Source: an uncultured Thermoleophilia bacterium
GTDB taxonomy: Bacteria; Actinomycetota; Thermoleophilia; UBA2241
NCBI GenBank assembly: GCA_963715985.1
Contig: CAVQSP010000008.1
Coordinates: forward strand, 122,092-186,091
Direction of reading: 5' to 3'
Length of the DNA: 64,000 bases
Shown: positions 63,111-64,000 of the stretch, piece by piece
How positions within the stretch are numbered: the stretch's first letter is position 1
Layout of the letters: each line of letters starts with the position of its first letter
Notes under the pieces: generated by a model
Databases searched by the model: none
Seen by the model: only the letters and a program-made list of their open reading frames with translations
What the model was told of the DNA's origin: nothing
Position numbers and translations under genes: made by a program

Positions 63111-63526
63111 GGGCGAGACCGCCGCGGACATGTCGGTCGTCATCGCGGCGGCCGCCGTCGGCATGGGCGTGGCCGACGCCACAGATGCCCGTCGCCTGCG
63201 TGAGGAGGCTCTCCGAACGGCGGGTGACGTGCTCGGCAACGAACGTGTACGCGATCATGTGCTTGTTCTGCTGCAAGGCGGTCGACCCTGTCGGTTTCGT
63301 CTCGCTCGCCGCGAACGCGTGTACCGACGCCTCCCCTCTGAGATTGCCAGTGTAGGTGCCTCGCCGGACGGCGGAGGGCCTCTCGCGGCGGCCGACCTGA
63401 GGCCGTGATGGAAGGCGGCCAGGTGGCGGGGTGGACCAGGTTGATTCTCCTCGCCTGGCCGCTCTATCTCTCACCTCGCAAGAGCGTGGCAGACGGCATG
63501 CAATCCCTGCTTGCGATATCAGCGAA

Positions 63527-64000
63527 TCACGCCGTGTAGTCTTCGTCCGTGGGCAGCCCGCCGCGAGGGCGAAGCTGCCACGGTCGCGCGTGGGCGGCAG
63601 CGTCGCTGCTGCACGAACTGCAGCGATGCGTCGGTCGTCGGTTGGTAGTCCCAAGGTGTGTAGCCGCCGCTCGACAACGCGCGCCATACTGCGCGACGGC
63701 TTGCCTGGCTCTCGAGCACATCGCGATTGACTGCTTCTACGTCCCAGCTGCCATCGATCATCGCCGCCAGCCGGTCACGGTCACCGGCCCGGTCGGGGTC
63801 CGCAGCCAGATCCTGAAGTTCGAGCGGATCGGCCGTGATGTCGTAGAGCAGGTCGGGCTCACCGTGGCAGCGGATCAGCTTGAGGTCGCCGTGGCGGACC
63901 ATGGCTGCGGGAGCCACAACACCTTCGGCGAGATACTGGCCTATCACAGGCTCCTGCTCGATGGTCCCTCCACCAAACGCGTCGGCGATGCTGCGACCGA
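63527..64000 (-). CDS. betC: Choline-sulfatase C-terminal part (5'-partial; indel near 63615)
   Basis: YLAEG, LYDITADPLE, WDVEAVNRDVLESQASRR..YTPWDYQP. Confidence 0.78.

Overview
Very GC-rich bacterial DNA, most likely an actinobacterial lineage (inference from composition, leaderless-type starts and gene content). About 1-50.4 kb is a dense mixed metabolic and envelope region. It holds an aldehyde dehydrogenase, two group II PLP decarboxylases, several aminotransferases, rpiA, msrA, a B12-radical SAM enzyme, SGNH-like proteins, a GT2/HEAT/glycoside hydrolase/receiver cluster, a class II aldolase-aminotransferase fusion, MFS transporters, glnS and tRNA-Gln(CTG). From 50.4 kb to the end lies a mosaic accessory island. 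It contains an IS256-family element, three 3' remnants of a tyrosine integrase, a tRNA-Glu(CTC) 3' fragment flanked by repeated TTGCAG arm-like motifs (an att-like junction), small cargo genes and gene fragments. Many genes carry single indels, probably uncorrected long-read errors. The two most notable observations are (i) an apparent array of integrase-less cassettes, each opening with the same att-arm plus integrase-tail module, and (ii) two tandem uncharacterised single-pass membrane proteins that share an RGGxHGRxA motif and an identically built promoter/operator. All family assignments come from motif recognition by eye; no database search was run.
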